A stretch of 64,000 nt of DNA from Candidatus Giovannonibacteria bacterium (GCA_016176295.1 JACOXN010000005.1:2156-66155); one strand, 5' to 3'. Numbered from the stretch's first letter, positions 1-8,662 are shown. Made by a program: numbers and translations. Notes: a model not told the origin generated them from the sequence alone.

Positions 1-2132
1 TGAAAGGCGCTGATGCCATCGCGGGAACGATTCGTTCGGGAGGTAAAACCCGGCGCGCGGCCAAGATGGTAATTTTGAACGCTGACCATCCGGACGTGGA
101 GAGCTTTATCGCGAGCAAGTGGAAAGAAGAAGAAAAAGCGAAATCCTTGATCGAGCTGGGGTATGACGACGCTATCGACGGCGAAGTTTACAGCAATATT
201 TTTTTCCAGAACGCCAATAATTCCGTTCGCGCTACTGATGAGTTCATGCGCGCCGTGGAGAGCGGCAAAGATTGGGATTTGAAAGCGGTAACCACCGGAA
301 AAACCGTAAAGACCGTGAAAGCGAAGGAACTTATGAAAAGCATCGCAGAAGCCGCCTGGCGCTGTGCCGACCCGGGGATGCAATTCGATTCCATCATCAA
401 CAAATGGCACACCTGCCCGGAATCCGGGCGCATCAATGGTTCCAATCCGTGTTCGGAATACATGCATTTGGATAATTCCGCGTGCAATCTGGCATCGCTC
501 AATCTTTTGATGTTTTTAAAACCCACGGGGGAGTTCGATACGGAGTCTTACTACAAAGCCATACGCATTTTTATCATTGCCCAGGATATGGTGGTGGACC
601 ATTCTTCTTATCCCACCGCCAAAATCGAAGAAAACGCGCACGCTTTCCGTGAACTGGGGTTTGGGTACACAAACCTCGGCGCGCTGCTTATGCGCTGGGG
701 TTATCCTTACGATTCCGACGAGGCGCGTGCTAATGCCGGGGCTTTAACTTCCATACTTTCCGGCGCCGCGTACGAAACTTCGGTTGAAATAGCCAAAGCG
801 CTGGGACCATTTTCCGGATATGAAAAGAACCGGGACCCGATGCTGCAGGTGATAAAAATGCACGGAGAAGAGTCGCGCAAAATTAACAGGAATCTGGTGA
901 AGCCGGAATTATGGAATTTGTCGCAAACTGCGTGGCTCAAAGCTTACCAGGACGGGATCATTTACGGAGTGCGCAATTCCCAGGTCACGGTTTTAGCGCC
1001 CACGGGAACCATATCTTTCATGATGGACGCGGATACGACCGGTATCGAGCCGTCATTTTCACTTGTGGCCTACAAAAAAATGGTGGGCGGAGGATTTCTA
1101 AAGATAGTGAACAAGAGTGTGGAAGCGGCGCTTAGGAATTTGGGGTACGCCGAAAGTGAAATTAAGGAAATAGCGGATTATGTTTTGTCGAATGATACCA
1201 TTGAAGGCGCGCCACATCTTAAAGCGGGGGACCTCGCGGTTTTCGATTGCGCCACGGACACGGGTAAAGGTTCGCGCTCGATCCATTATTTGGGGCATAT
1301 CCGTATGATGGCCGCAGCGCAGCCTTTTATTTCCGGAGCCATTTCAAAGACCGTTAACCTTCCGGAATCGGTTACGGAAGAAGATATAATGAACACCTAC
1401 ATGGAGGCTTGGAGGCTCGGTTTAAAAGCTATCGCGGTCTACCGCAACAATTCCAAAGGAGCCCAGCCTTTGAACACGACAAAAGCCAAAGCTTCGAAAA
1501 GCGCGGCGGATCTCAACAAAGAGGGCCTTTACCAAAGAAAAAAACTTCCTTCGGACGTAAAATCTATCCGGCACAAGTTCGCTGTGGCCGGGCACGAGGG
1601 GTATATTCATTGCGGGATTTACGAGGATGGAACTTTGGGAGAGGTGTTCATCAGAATGTCCAAAGAAGGGTCAACCATAGCCGGGCTTTTGGAATCCATC
1701 GGCGTGCTGATGTCCATATCCCTCCAATCGGGAGTACCGGTGGAAACCATCGTGAGGAAATTCGTTCACTGGAGATTTGAGCCATCCGGTTATACGGAAA
1801 ACGGGGATATTTTGATAGCAAAATCGCTTTTGGATTATATCGCGCGCTATCTCGCCATTCAATTTTTATCGCCTGAAGCCAGGATGGAATTCGGCATATA
1901 TATTCCTTCCGATACTGATGCGAAAGAAACTGCGCATGCAAATCCGCCAGCTGGCGGAGCCGATGTGCCCGTGGCAGCTCCCAAGCTTTCGGAGGGACCA
2001 GCCTCTGGCTGGAAAGTTGTGACCGCTTCGTTCCAGGATGCTCCGGCCTGCCGCTGTGGCGCTATCATGATACGCACCGGCTCCTGCTACACCTGTTCCG
2101 CTTGCGGAAACAACATCGGCGGTTGTTCGTAA
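1..2132 (+). CDS. nrdJ: Class II (adenosylcobalamin-dependent) ribonucleotide reductase, N-terminus cut by window edge
   Basis: The frame is open from nt 3 (KGADAIAGTIRSGGKTRRAAKMVILNADHPD). Active-site block NPCSEYMHLDNSACNLASLNL is present. Cys-rich C-terminal tail CRCG...CYTCSACG. The ORF track lists 66..2132. Confidence 0.9.
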   Translation, partial: KGADAIAGTIRSGGKTRRAAKMVILNADHPDVESFIASKWKEEEKAKSLIELGYDDAIDGEVYSNIFFQNANNSVRATDEFMRAVESGKDWDLKAVTTGKTVKTVKAKELMKSIAEAAWRCADPGMQFDSIINKWHTCPESGRINGSNPCSEYMHLDNSACNLASLNLLMFLKPTGEFDTESYYKAIRIFIIAQDMVVDHSSYPTAKIEENAHAFRELGFGYTNLGALLMRWGYPYDSDEARANAGALTSILSGAAYETSVEIAKALGPFSGYEKNRDPMLQVIKMHGEESRKINRNLVKPELWNLSQTAWLKAYQDGIIYGVRNSQVTVLAPTGTISFMMDADTTGIEPSFSLVAYKKMVGGGFLKIVNKSVEAALRNLGYAESEIKEIADYVLSNDTIEGAPHLKAGDLAVFDCATDTGKGSRSIHYLGHIRMMAAAQPFISGAISKTVNLPESVTEEDIMNTYMEAWRLGLKAIAVYRNNSKGAQPLNTTKAKASKSAADLNKEGLYQRKKLPSDVKSIRHKFAVAGHEGYIHCGIYEDGTLGEVFIRMSKEGSTIAGLLESIGVLMSISLQSGVPVETIVRKFVHWRFEPSGYTENGDILIAKSLLDYIARYLAIQFLSPEARMEFGIYIPSDTDAKETAHANPPAGGADVPVAAPKLSEGPASGWKVVTASFQDAPACRCGAIMIRTGSCYTCSACGNNIGGCS

Positions 2133-2140
2133 TACCCATC

Positions 2141-2307
2141 AAAAAACATTAAGATCCGTTCCACGCGCTTCAGTTTAGGAAAATTATAGTCGCCTCGTTT
2201 GACGAAAAATATTAAATTCGCCTGTAGGCTCAAACAGAAATATTTTTCTGCTCATCTCCTTAATTTTCACTAAACTTACGCAAAAGTCACGGATTTTAAT
2301 GTTTTTT
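2141..2307. repeat. Long imperfect inverted repeat (arms about 70 nt) in the nrdJ/pepN convergent spacer; MITE-like element or long hairpin
   Basis: AAAAAACATTAAGATCCGT (2141-2159) matches the reverse complement of ACGGATTTTAATGTTTTTT (2289-2307) with 1 mismatch. Inner blocks AGTTTAG, AAAATTA and GAAAAATATT are also mirrored. Confidence 0.6.
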
Positions 2308-2328
2308 AAAAGTTGAAGGTTTCTTTCC

Positions 2329-2387
2329 AAAAATAAAAAAATCAGGATTCTTGATTCAAATTATTCTTGAATCTCGATTCCTGATTT
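2329..2387 (-). terminator. Rho-independent terminator of pepN
   Basis: On the minus strand, an imperfect hairpin AAATCAGGAATCGAGATTCAAG / loop / TTGAATCAAGAATCCTGATTT sits directly after the pepN stop (2388-2390). It is followed by a T-run (plus-strand A-run 2329-2340). Confidence 0.7.
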
Positions 2388-4976
2388 CTAATTCTTTTTG
2401 TTGTTTTTTAGCCACCGACCGAGGTTTTCCCGGTCGCGTTCCAGCCATCGGGCATTTATCCTTATCTTTTCTAGGGCCTGCCTTATGCTGCGCTCGGCTT
2501 CCGGAGCGGGGTTTACTTCAAAGAAAGTTCTTACATCCCGCTCATGCTCAAAAGTGGCAAGGAAGCTCGCGGAAGCCAGAATGACATATCTGATGAGCTT
2601 TCCTTTTTCGTACATCTTTCGGAACGCCTGCCAGTTCTCCTTTACGAAGAGCCAGGTAAGCTCGCCTCCCTCCGGATTTGAGCCGAATACGCTGAGACTC
2701 GTGTAAACGTCCTGCGAGCGGACTTTCCCGGAGATGAGGAATTCCAAAGACTTTTTCAGGAGTTCTTTTTCAGAAAAATCTCCCATCGCGCCCAAAAGCC
2801 GGTTCTGTTCCTCCTGGAGCGATGTCTTGCTGTAGAGCTCGATGAAAGTTTCGTGGTCTTTGTCGTTCCCGTGCGCCGCGATTATTCCGTGGACAGCCCG
2901 GCGGATGTTGGGGTGCAGCGTTTCCGGGTCTTTCAAGTACTCTGCAAATTTTTCTCTCGCGCGTTTTACTGTTGCTTCGTCGCCGCGCGTCCCCAAAGTA
3001 TGGAGCAATGTTCCTCTGAGAAGCTTATGTTGGTGTATTTCACCTTCTTTCTCTTCCCAGCCTAAATTTCGGGCCGTCGGAGCGATAAGCTCGCGGATGA
3101 ATCGATTGAATTCATTGGCGTAGCTCTCGCCGGCGAAAAGTCTTTGCGCCGCGTGGAGCCTGCCAAGCAGAGTGTTCCAGACGTTGTAGTCGGTCTCGTC
3201 CCGAAAGCTTGCGGCTATTTCCAGAAAAAGGTTCGTCGTATAATGGCCGGCTTGGGTTAATGCAAAAACGTCATCCAGTATTTCGATGCGGTTGGCAACA
3301 GACAGTTTCCGTTTTTCAATGGGTGCTTTGAATTTCAACAGGTCTTTGGGTTCATAATGGACCCGGAAAAGTCCGGTGAATTCGGTGTTCAGTTTGAACC
3401 ACTTTTTGCCGAGCGGTCCGGGTAATTCTATTCTGTCTTCCTTTTTTTCCATAAGCACCGACGTAATTTCCTTTTTGCCTTCCATAATGGCGCTTATCGG
3501 AATGCTCCAGAGAGTGCCGTCGGGTTCGTTCGTGGGTTCAAGTAAAAAACGTTCCTGGGAAAGCTTTAAAACTGCGGGTTTGCCTTTTCCTCCGCCGGTT
3601 TTCTTGACGCTGACCAAAGGATATCCAATCTGTTTTACCCAGTTGTCCAGCATATACCGCACCGGTTTCATGGAGGACTCTTCCAGAGCGTTCCACAGGT
3701 CTTCCGGTTCCGCGTTTCCATAGCTATGTTTCTTTAAGTAGGAAGAAACGCCTTGTCGGAACACTTCGAAACCCAGAAAATGCTGGAACATGCGGAGAAC
3801 CGAAGCGCCCTTGTCGTAAGTGATGGCGTCGAACGCTTCGTTGATCTGGTCGGGATGCGTTATTTCCGTGTGAATGGGACGGGAAGAACGGAGAGCATCG
3901 GCGGTAAGCGCGTTCAGCATGTCGCCCGACACAAATTGATCGTCGGGGTTCCATTCCGGATGCAGCTTGGAAGCGGCGATCAGTTCCATGAATGAGGCGA
4001 ACGATTCGTTCTGCCAGAGGCCGTTCCACGTGGCCATCGTGACGAGATCCCCGAACCACATATGCGCGGATTCGTGCGCCACGATTACGAAAACTCTTTC
4101 TTTCGTAGCGGCGGAGGAATTTTTTGGGTCAATCAAAAGCGAAGCTTCGCGGGAGGTGATAGCGCCCCAGTTTTCCATGGCGCCGGCAGCAAAATCGGGA
4201 ATGGCGATGAAGTCGAGCTTCTTTGCCGGGTAGGGAACACCGTAATAATCCGAGAGGTATTCGAGGACTTTTACTGCTTCCTCCAGAGCGAAATGGCCCA
4301 GTTCTTTCTTTCCGGGAGTGGTGTTAACCCCGATGAGAACTCCGTGTTTTGTCGTCTTTTCCACGCGCTCGAATTCTCCTACCTGCAGGTTGAACAAATA
4401 CGCCGACATTGGGGGAGTTTCTTCGAAGCGGATGCTTTTGGCTCCTGCTCTCGAAGATTCCGTCGATTTTACCGGCATGTTTGAGATTGCCGATAAATTT
4501 TCAGGAATGGTTATGTGCAGTTCCATGGGCGCTTTTACGCCAGGTTCGTCCCAGCAGGGGAAGATGCGGCGTGCGTCAATTGCTTCGCATTGGGTTGTTG
4601 CCATACTGCGTTTTTGCCCATCGGGCAGCTCATACTTCGCCTCGTAAAGGCCGCAAAGCTGGTCGTTTATCTTTCCCCGGAAATCCAGGCTTAGATAAAT
4701 ATGCCCTTTTTGCAACTTTACGGGAGAAATTAATTCCAGGGTTTCTTCTTTTTCATCCTGTTTTATATCCAAGGTGAATTGCTCCACATGCAAAGATGCG
4801 CGGTAAACGAGTAGGTCAGCGGCATGCATTTTGACTGAACTTACCGGCTCCAGGATGTCGAGCTCGATCATTTCGTGCCCGGAAAATGTTTTGTTTTCAA
4901 GGTCGGGTTCCAGCGAAATATAGTACTTTACCGGCTTTACGTTCGCCGGCAGCAGATAAGCGGGTCTTTTATTCAT
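2388..4976 (-). CDS. pepN: M1-family aminopeptidase N
   Basis: GAMENWG exopeptidase motif and HESAHMWFGD zinc motif (HExxH). The ORF track gives 2388..5009. The ATG at 4976 (MNKRPAYLL) is preferred because AAGGAG lies about 7 nt upstream. Confidence 0.92.
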   Translation of the reverse strand: MNKRPAYLLPANVKPVKYYISLEPDLENKTFSGHEMIELDILEPVSSVKMHAADLLVYRASLHVEQFTLDIKQDEKEETLELISPVKLQKGHIYLSLDFRGKINDQLCGLYEAKYELPDGQKRSMATTQCEAIDARRIFPCWDEPGVKAPMELHITIPENLSAISNMPVKSTESSRAGAKSIRFEETPPMSAYLFNLQVGEFERVEKTTKHGVLIGVNTTPGKKELGHFALEEAVKVLEYLSDYYGVPYPAKKLDFIAIPDFAAGAMENWGAITSREASLLIDPKNSSAATKERVFVIVAHESAHMWFGDLVTMATWNGLWQNESFASFMELIAASKLHPEWNPDDQFVSGDMLNALTADALRSSRPIHTEITHPDQINEAFDAITYDKGASVLRMFQHFLGFEVFRQGVSSYLKKHSYGNAEPEDLWNALEESSMKPVRYMLDNWVKQIGYPLVSVKKTGGGKGKPAVLKLSQERFLLEPTNEPDGTLWSIPISAIMEGKKEITSVLMEKKEDRIELPGPLGKKWFKLNTEFTGLFRVHYEPKDLLKFKAPIEKRKLSVANRIEILDDVFALTQAGHYTTNLFLEIAASFRDETDYNVWNTLLGRLHAAQRLFAGESYANEFNRFIRELIAPTARNLGWEEKEGEIHQHKLLRGTLLHTLGTRGDEATVKRAREKFAEYLKDPETLHPNIRRAVHGIIAAHGNDKDHETFIELYSKTSLQEEQNRLLGAMGDFSEKELLKKSLEFLISGKVRSQDVYTSLSVFGSNPEGGELTWLFVKENWQAFRKMYEKGKLIRYVILASASFLATFEHERDVRTFFEVNPAPEAERSIRQALEKIRINARWLERDRENLGRWLKNNKKN

Positions 4977-5092
4977 TTCTTTCTCCTTTTTCATTTTTTG
5001 TTTTCGCATAGGATACTGGAATTAAACTTAACAATTAAGCGCTTTTGTGTCAAAAAGATTGACAATTAAACTTTTTCAGTTATAATGATTAT

Positions 5093-5633
5093 GTTCTTTG
5101 CCGGATAGCTGCTCCGACGTTCGATTAACCTCGGCAGTCGGAGAGGAAAGTCCGAACACCGCCAATTTTGCTTGCAATTTTGGCAGAGACAGTGGCTAAC
5201 GGCCACGCTTTTCCGGAGAAATCCGGAAGGGACGGAAACTCCGACGTAAAAGTCGGAGCTCCGACTTCACTATTAAATTTTGATAGTGCGTCGGAGGTGC
5301 AACAGAAAATATACAGCCGCTTCACCCCTAAAGGGCAAAGAGGCAATGGTGAAATCGTGCGGTAAGAGCGCACGTCTTATGTACGCGAGTACATAAGGTT
5401 GAAAACACCTGTCCGGTGCAACCCTGTGATTCGCTTAGGCGGATAAAGGGGCTCGAGTCTGAGAGCAATCGAAGACCTAGACAGATGGCTATCGCCGCCA
5501 ATGCTTCGCATTGGCCGCAGATGGATGCGGATTAGAAAATATCTGCGCAGATCAGCGCTGATAAAATCTGCGTATATCTGCGAACCACTGCGGAGCAGTG
5601 GTGTGTACAGAATTCGGCTTATAGGCAGAGAAC
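5093..5633 (+). ncRNA. rnpB: RNase P RNA (bacterial type-A-like), unusually long (541 nt)
   Basis: Universal blocks GAGGAAAGTCCGAACAC (P4 5' strand), GGTGAAATCGTGCGGTAAGAGCGCAC and ACAGAATTCGGCTTATAGG (P4 3' strand) are present. The 5' GTTCTTTGCC (5093-5102) pairs fully with the 3' GGCAGAGAAC (5624-5633) as P1. GATAGC and GCTATC form P2. Confidence 0.93.
5611..5633 (+). repeat. Direct repeat copy 1 (AATTCGGCTTATAGGCAGAGAAC), the authentic 3' end of rnpB
   Basis: Exact 23-mer, repeated at 6311-6333. Confidence 0.95.
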
Positions 5634-5637
5634 GACA

Positions 5638-5672
5638 ACGGCCCCGACTTTAAATGTCGCGGGCCGTTTGGT
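5638..5672 (+). terminator. Hairpin terminator immediately after rnpB copy-1 3' end
   Basis: ACGGCCC(C)GAC-loop-GTCGCGGGCCGT followed by TTTGGTTT. Confidence 0.6.
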
Positions 5673-5805
5673 TTACCCCTCTAAATCTCCCCTTATAAAG
5701 GGGAGAAAAATAAATTTTTTCCCCCTTTAATAAAGAGGGGAGGTTAATTTCCCAAAACTTTGATAACCAGCTTTTTGGCGGGTTTCCCGACGCCCATTTT
5801 TTCAC

Positions 5806-5833
5806 TTGATTTTTATGAGTTTGAGAGTATAAT
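5806..5833 (+). promoter_or_regulatory. Putative sigma70-type promoter of hicB (leaderless layout)
   Basis: TTGATT (5806-5811), 16-nt spacer, TATAAT (5828-5833). The ATG at 5840 lies only 6 nt after the -10 box, and there is no SD sequence. Confidence 0.55.
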
Positions 5834-5839
5834 TAAGCC

Positions 5840-6073
5840 ATGAAAAAGCGCAAAGAAAATATATTGCAATATGAAGTTATTTTGGAGCCGAATGGAGCGG
5901 GCTATACTGTTACTGTGCCAAAATTGCCCGGCTTGATTACGGAAGGCAACAACATTAAAGAAGCCCGTGAAATGGCTAAGGATGCGATCAAATGTTATCT
6001 GGAGGCGCTGCTTAAAGACGGGCTGTCCGTGTTTGGTTCGGCCCGGCGCGAAAAAATTACTGTTGGCGGGTAG
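5840..6073 (+). CDS. hicB: HicB-family antitoxin (UPF0150-like)
   Basis: 77 aa. YEVILEPNGAGYTVTVPKLPGLITEGNNIKEAREMAKDAIKCYLEAL is the typical HicB N-terminal fold signature. It sits directly upstream of hicA. Confidence 0.8.
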   Translation: MKKRKENILQYEVILEPNGAGYTVTVPKLPGLITEGNNIKEAREMAKDAIKCYLEALLKDGLSVFGSARREKITVGG

Positions 6074-6079
6074 TTCAAT

Positions 6080-6307
6080 TTGCCCAAATTACCGCGTATA
6101 CCTTCTGCATTGGTTATAAAGGCTCTCAAACGAGCCGGTTTTTATGAATATCATCAAAGCGGCAGCCATATCCAGCTTCGTCATTCCGCTAAACAGCAAT
6201 TAAGAGTTACAATTCCTTTTCATCGAAAAGAACTTACGCCAAAAACTTTAAAATCCATCATAAAACAGGCAGGTTTAGCGGTGTACGAATTTATAAAATT
6301 GATTTAG
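6080..6307 (+). CDS. hicA: HicA-family mRNA interferase toxin
   Basis: 75 aa, TTG start. LKRAGFYEYHQSGSHIQLRH matches the HicA/YcfA GSH motif. It lies 6 nt after hicB. Confidence 0.8.
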   Translation: MPKLPRIPSALVIKALKRAGFYEYHQSGSHIQLRHSAKQQLRVTIPFHRKELTPKTLKSIIKQAGLAVYEFIKLI

Positions 6308-6310
6308 TAA

Positions 6311-6333
6311 AATTCGGCTTATAGGCAGAGAAC
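6311..6333 (+). repeat. Direct repeat copy 2 of the rnpB 3' end (orphan)
   Basis: Exact copy of 5611-5633. Upstream identity stops at the base before AATTC, and downstream identity stops after GAAC. Confidence 0.95.
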
Positions 6334-6334
6334 C

Positions 6335-6369
6335 ACAAAACCTGTCGCCATCTGGCGGATAGGTTTTGT
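6335..6369 (+). terminator. Strong hairpin after repeat copy 2 (probable original rnpB terminator)
   Basis: ACAAAACCT (6335-6343) pairs with AGGTTTTGT (6361-6369). An inner CGCC/GGCG stem is also present. Confidence 0.55.
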
Positions 6370-6391
6370 TAGGTTATGATATAGTATTGAA

Positions 6392-7714
6392 ATGTCGGAA
6401 AAACCCAAATTTGAGTATTCACAAAGCAAAAGCCCAGAAAATCGAGAAAAAACATATGGAGATTTGCAATCGAGAATGGAAGAATTTGTCGATCCGAAAA
6501 AAGCAGAATTAAAAGATATTACTGAAACGCACTGGTATATCCCAAGAAAGATTGATATTGAAAGATTGTGCAAAATAGCCGAACTATCTCAAAAAAATAG
6601 TGATGGCAACAATAAGCAGATTAAAATTCTTGATTTGGGAGGCGGAAAGGGTTTCTTATCAAAATTGATGGCAGACAGCATAAGCGAAAAAAACAGAGAA
6701 GGGATGGTTGTCGACCTTGATTTGGACCAAGAAACACTTCAAAATGCCGCAAAATTTTATAAAAAAACGCAAAACTTACATTTTGTAGCAAGTAATTCAG
6801 AATATGAGGCGGTTAATGTTTTTAATAAAAAATTTGATCTAATAATTAATTCATGGTCATATCCCAAAGAAGAGTATGGCGGACCTGATTATTCTTCGAC
6901 GATCAAAAAACTTAAACCGGCATATTTTGTAAATATTAGCGAAGAACGCCAGGATGATACGGCAGCATTTGATGCCGGCGAAGATTACATCAAAATCGGA
7001 GAATGGTCGGGACTGGATACGATGGAGGTTGTAACCGGCAATTTAGCACACATAGATAGTTATTATTCAGACAAAAGAAGGAAATTATTAAAACAAAACG
7101 GCAGTAATCTTTTTGAAATTTATGTAAGAAAAGACATCGGTGGTGATGAGCAGGATAAATTGCGGAAAGAGCTAGGCAGCGTACAAGTGAAGAAGAAATA
7201 CAAATGGGAAAGAACGCTTGAGAAGCTCTATCCCAATATTTCACCCGTTAATTTCGATAAAGAATCTTTTTTGCAAGAAGGACAACCAGAGGAAGACATA
7301 ATCAAAAAGATCGGCAGGCGGGTCGAAACTTCCAGAATCGGGAACACACTCATAGACGTCGAGGCTTTGAACAAATTTGCTGAAAATTTGCCGATTGAAA
7401 CTGTGTCGGTTGATTCACTTAAAGATTATGTGAGCGAAGGTAATACTTATTGGGCCGCTGAGGACAGTAGTAAATTAGGGCCTTACCAAATTTTACAAGA
7501 TTGGGAAGCTGCACAAAAAAATCCGCTTTGGGCAAAACATATAGAGAGCATAAAAAATGCCAATCTTGATAATCCAATCTGGATCTCACCCGACGGAATT
7601 GTTTTCGACGGCATGCACCGTCTTACCCGCGCGTTCATTGACGGTGCCAAAGAAATAAAAGTTCGCCGATTTAAAGAAATCCCCAAAGAGGCGATTATTG
7701 AGGAAGCTAAGTAG
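6392..7714 (+). CDS. Fusion protein: class I SAM-dependent methyltransferase (N-terminal) plus ParB/sulfiredoxin-like domain (C-terminal)
   Basis: Motif I is ILDLGGGKGF, with an acidic beta-2 end VVDLD and motif IV-like DLIINSW. The C-terminus PIETVSVDSL...HIESIKNANLDNPIWISPDGIVFDGMHRLTRAFIDGAKEIKVRRF carries the ParB-N-like DGxHR signature. Confidence 0.7.
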   Translation: MSEKPKFEYSQSKSPENREKTYGDLQSRMEEFVDPKKAELKDITETHWYIPRKIDIERLCKIAELSQKNSDGNNKQIKILDLGGGKGFLSKLMADSISEKNREGMVVDLDLDQETLQNAAKFYKKTQNLHFVASNSEYEAVNVFNKKFDLIINSWSYPKEEYGGPDYSSTIKKLKPAYFVNISEERQDDTAAFDAGEDYIKIGEWSGLDTMEVVTGNLAHIDSYYSDKRRKLLKQNGSNLFEIYVRKDIGGDEQDKLRKELGSVQVKKKYKWERTLEKLYPNISPVNFDKESFLQEGQPEEDIIKKIGRRVETSRIGNTLIDVEALNKFAENLPIETVSVDSLKDYVSEGNTYWAAEDSSKLGPYQILQDWEAAQKNPLWAKHIESIKNANLDNPIWISPDGIVFDGMHRLTRAFIDGAKEIKVRRFKEIPKEAIIEEAK

Positions 7715-7743
7715 CTCAACTTAGCGACCAGGTCGCCAAGTGG

Positions 7744-7962
7744 TCAATCCTCCAAAACTTTTACAATAAGTTTTTTTGTCGGTTTGGGCTGACCCATTTT
7801 TTTCATAAGGACTCCCACTTGTTCCAAAGTATATATTCTATAATTATTTATCGGATGGCGGGACGCGGCGAATTTCCCTGTTTTATCCCAGTTTCGGAGC
7901 GTTAGTTCCGTTACTCCTATCAATTCGGCTGCCTGGCTTATTGTGAGATATTGTTTGCTCAT
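7744..7962 (-). CDS. Small MerR/excisionase-type HTH DNA-binding protein
   Basis: 72 aa. LTISQAAELIGVTELTLRNWDKTGKFAASRHPINNYRIYTLEQV matches the MerR-type HTH pattern. It is convergent with the MTase-ParB gene. Confidence 0.7.
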   Translation of the reverse strand: MSKQYLTISQAAELIGVTELTLRNWDKTGKFAASRHPINNYRIYTLEQVGVLMKKMGQPKPTKKLIVKVLED

Positions 7963-8013
7963 TTTCTACAATAATATAGCATAGTTCAAAAGGTTAGGCT
8001 ATTATGAACTTAC

Positions 8014-8607
8014 ATGAATATCAGGAAATACGGCGCAATTTTAGGAGTGGCAGCGGCGCTTCTTTTGGTTTCCGGAGTCTGGTTTTTTGCCGGCAAAAAA
8101 GGTGAAAATTTCTCTCCGCGCCTTAATCTGGCTTCTTTCTTCTCATCAATAGTAGACTCGGGTGAGGATAGCGTGTCCGTTGAATCGCCGATAAAAGAGG
8201 AAGGCAGCCATTTCTCATACACCCATCCCGTTTACAAATATTCTTTTTTTTACCCCAAAGGTTTTATCGCCTCGCCCATGAAATATTCTGAAGATTCGGA
8301 AACGCTGGTGGTGGAAAAAGGCGATAGGCAGGGATTCCAGATATTCGCGGCGCCTTTTGAGGAAGAAAACGCCCTCACGGCGGAGAGGATAGCCCAAGAC
8401 CTCCCTGACCTTGTCATGAAAAATGCCGTAAAGGTTACTTTCGGCGGGAATAATATCCAGGGTGTGGCTTTTTCGAGCCATGATGAAGAAGTTGGGGACA
8501 CTTACGAAGTGTGGTTTACCTACGGAGGGAATTTGTACCAGGTGATGGCGTACAAGGAATTTGAAAAAGGATTGCAGGATATTTTGGCAACGTTTAAATT
8601 TGAATGA
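8014..8607 (+). CDS. Hypothetical membrane-anchored/secreted protein
   Basis: 197 aa with an N-terminal TM/signal segment (AILGVAAALLLVSGVWFFAG). No recognisable motif. Its last codons overlap a remnant of a NYN-gene 3' tail (see findings). Confidence 0.6.
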   Translation: MNIRKYGAILGVAAALLLVSGVWFFAGKKGENFSPRLNLASFFSSIVDSGEDSVSVESPIKEEGSHFSYTHPVYKYSFFYPKGFIASPMKYSEDSETLVVEKGDRQGFQIFAAPFEEENALTAERIAQDLPDLVMKNAVKVTFGGNNIQGVAFSSHDEEVGDTYEVWFTYGGNLYQVMAYKEFEKGLQDILATFKFE

Positions 8608-8651
8608 CCAAAAAGGTTATTTTACAAAAAAAAAAGAAAAAGCCCAATAAA

Positions 8652-8662
8652 CATGTCAAGTC
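8652..8662 (+). repeat. CATGTCAAGTC junction 11-mer, copy 1
   Basis: The same 11-mer occurs at 9200-9210 and 9960-9970, each time upstream of a LamG-gene 5' region. Confidence 0.8.

Noticed and set aside
5125-5373. ORFs 5125..5373(-) and 5168..5365(+)
   Set aside because: They lie entirely within the RNase P RNA gene and are spurious.
5500-5600. Short ATCTGCG/CGCAGAT repeats as a mini CRISPR-like or tandem array
   Set aside because: The units are 7 nt, irregularly spaced and mutually complementary. They sit inside rnpB and are best explained as stems of an expansion segment.
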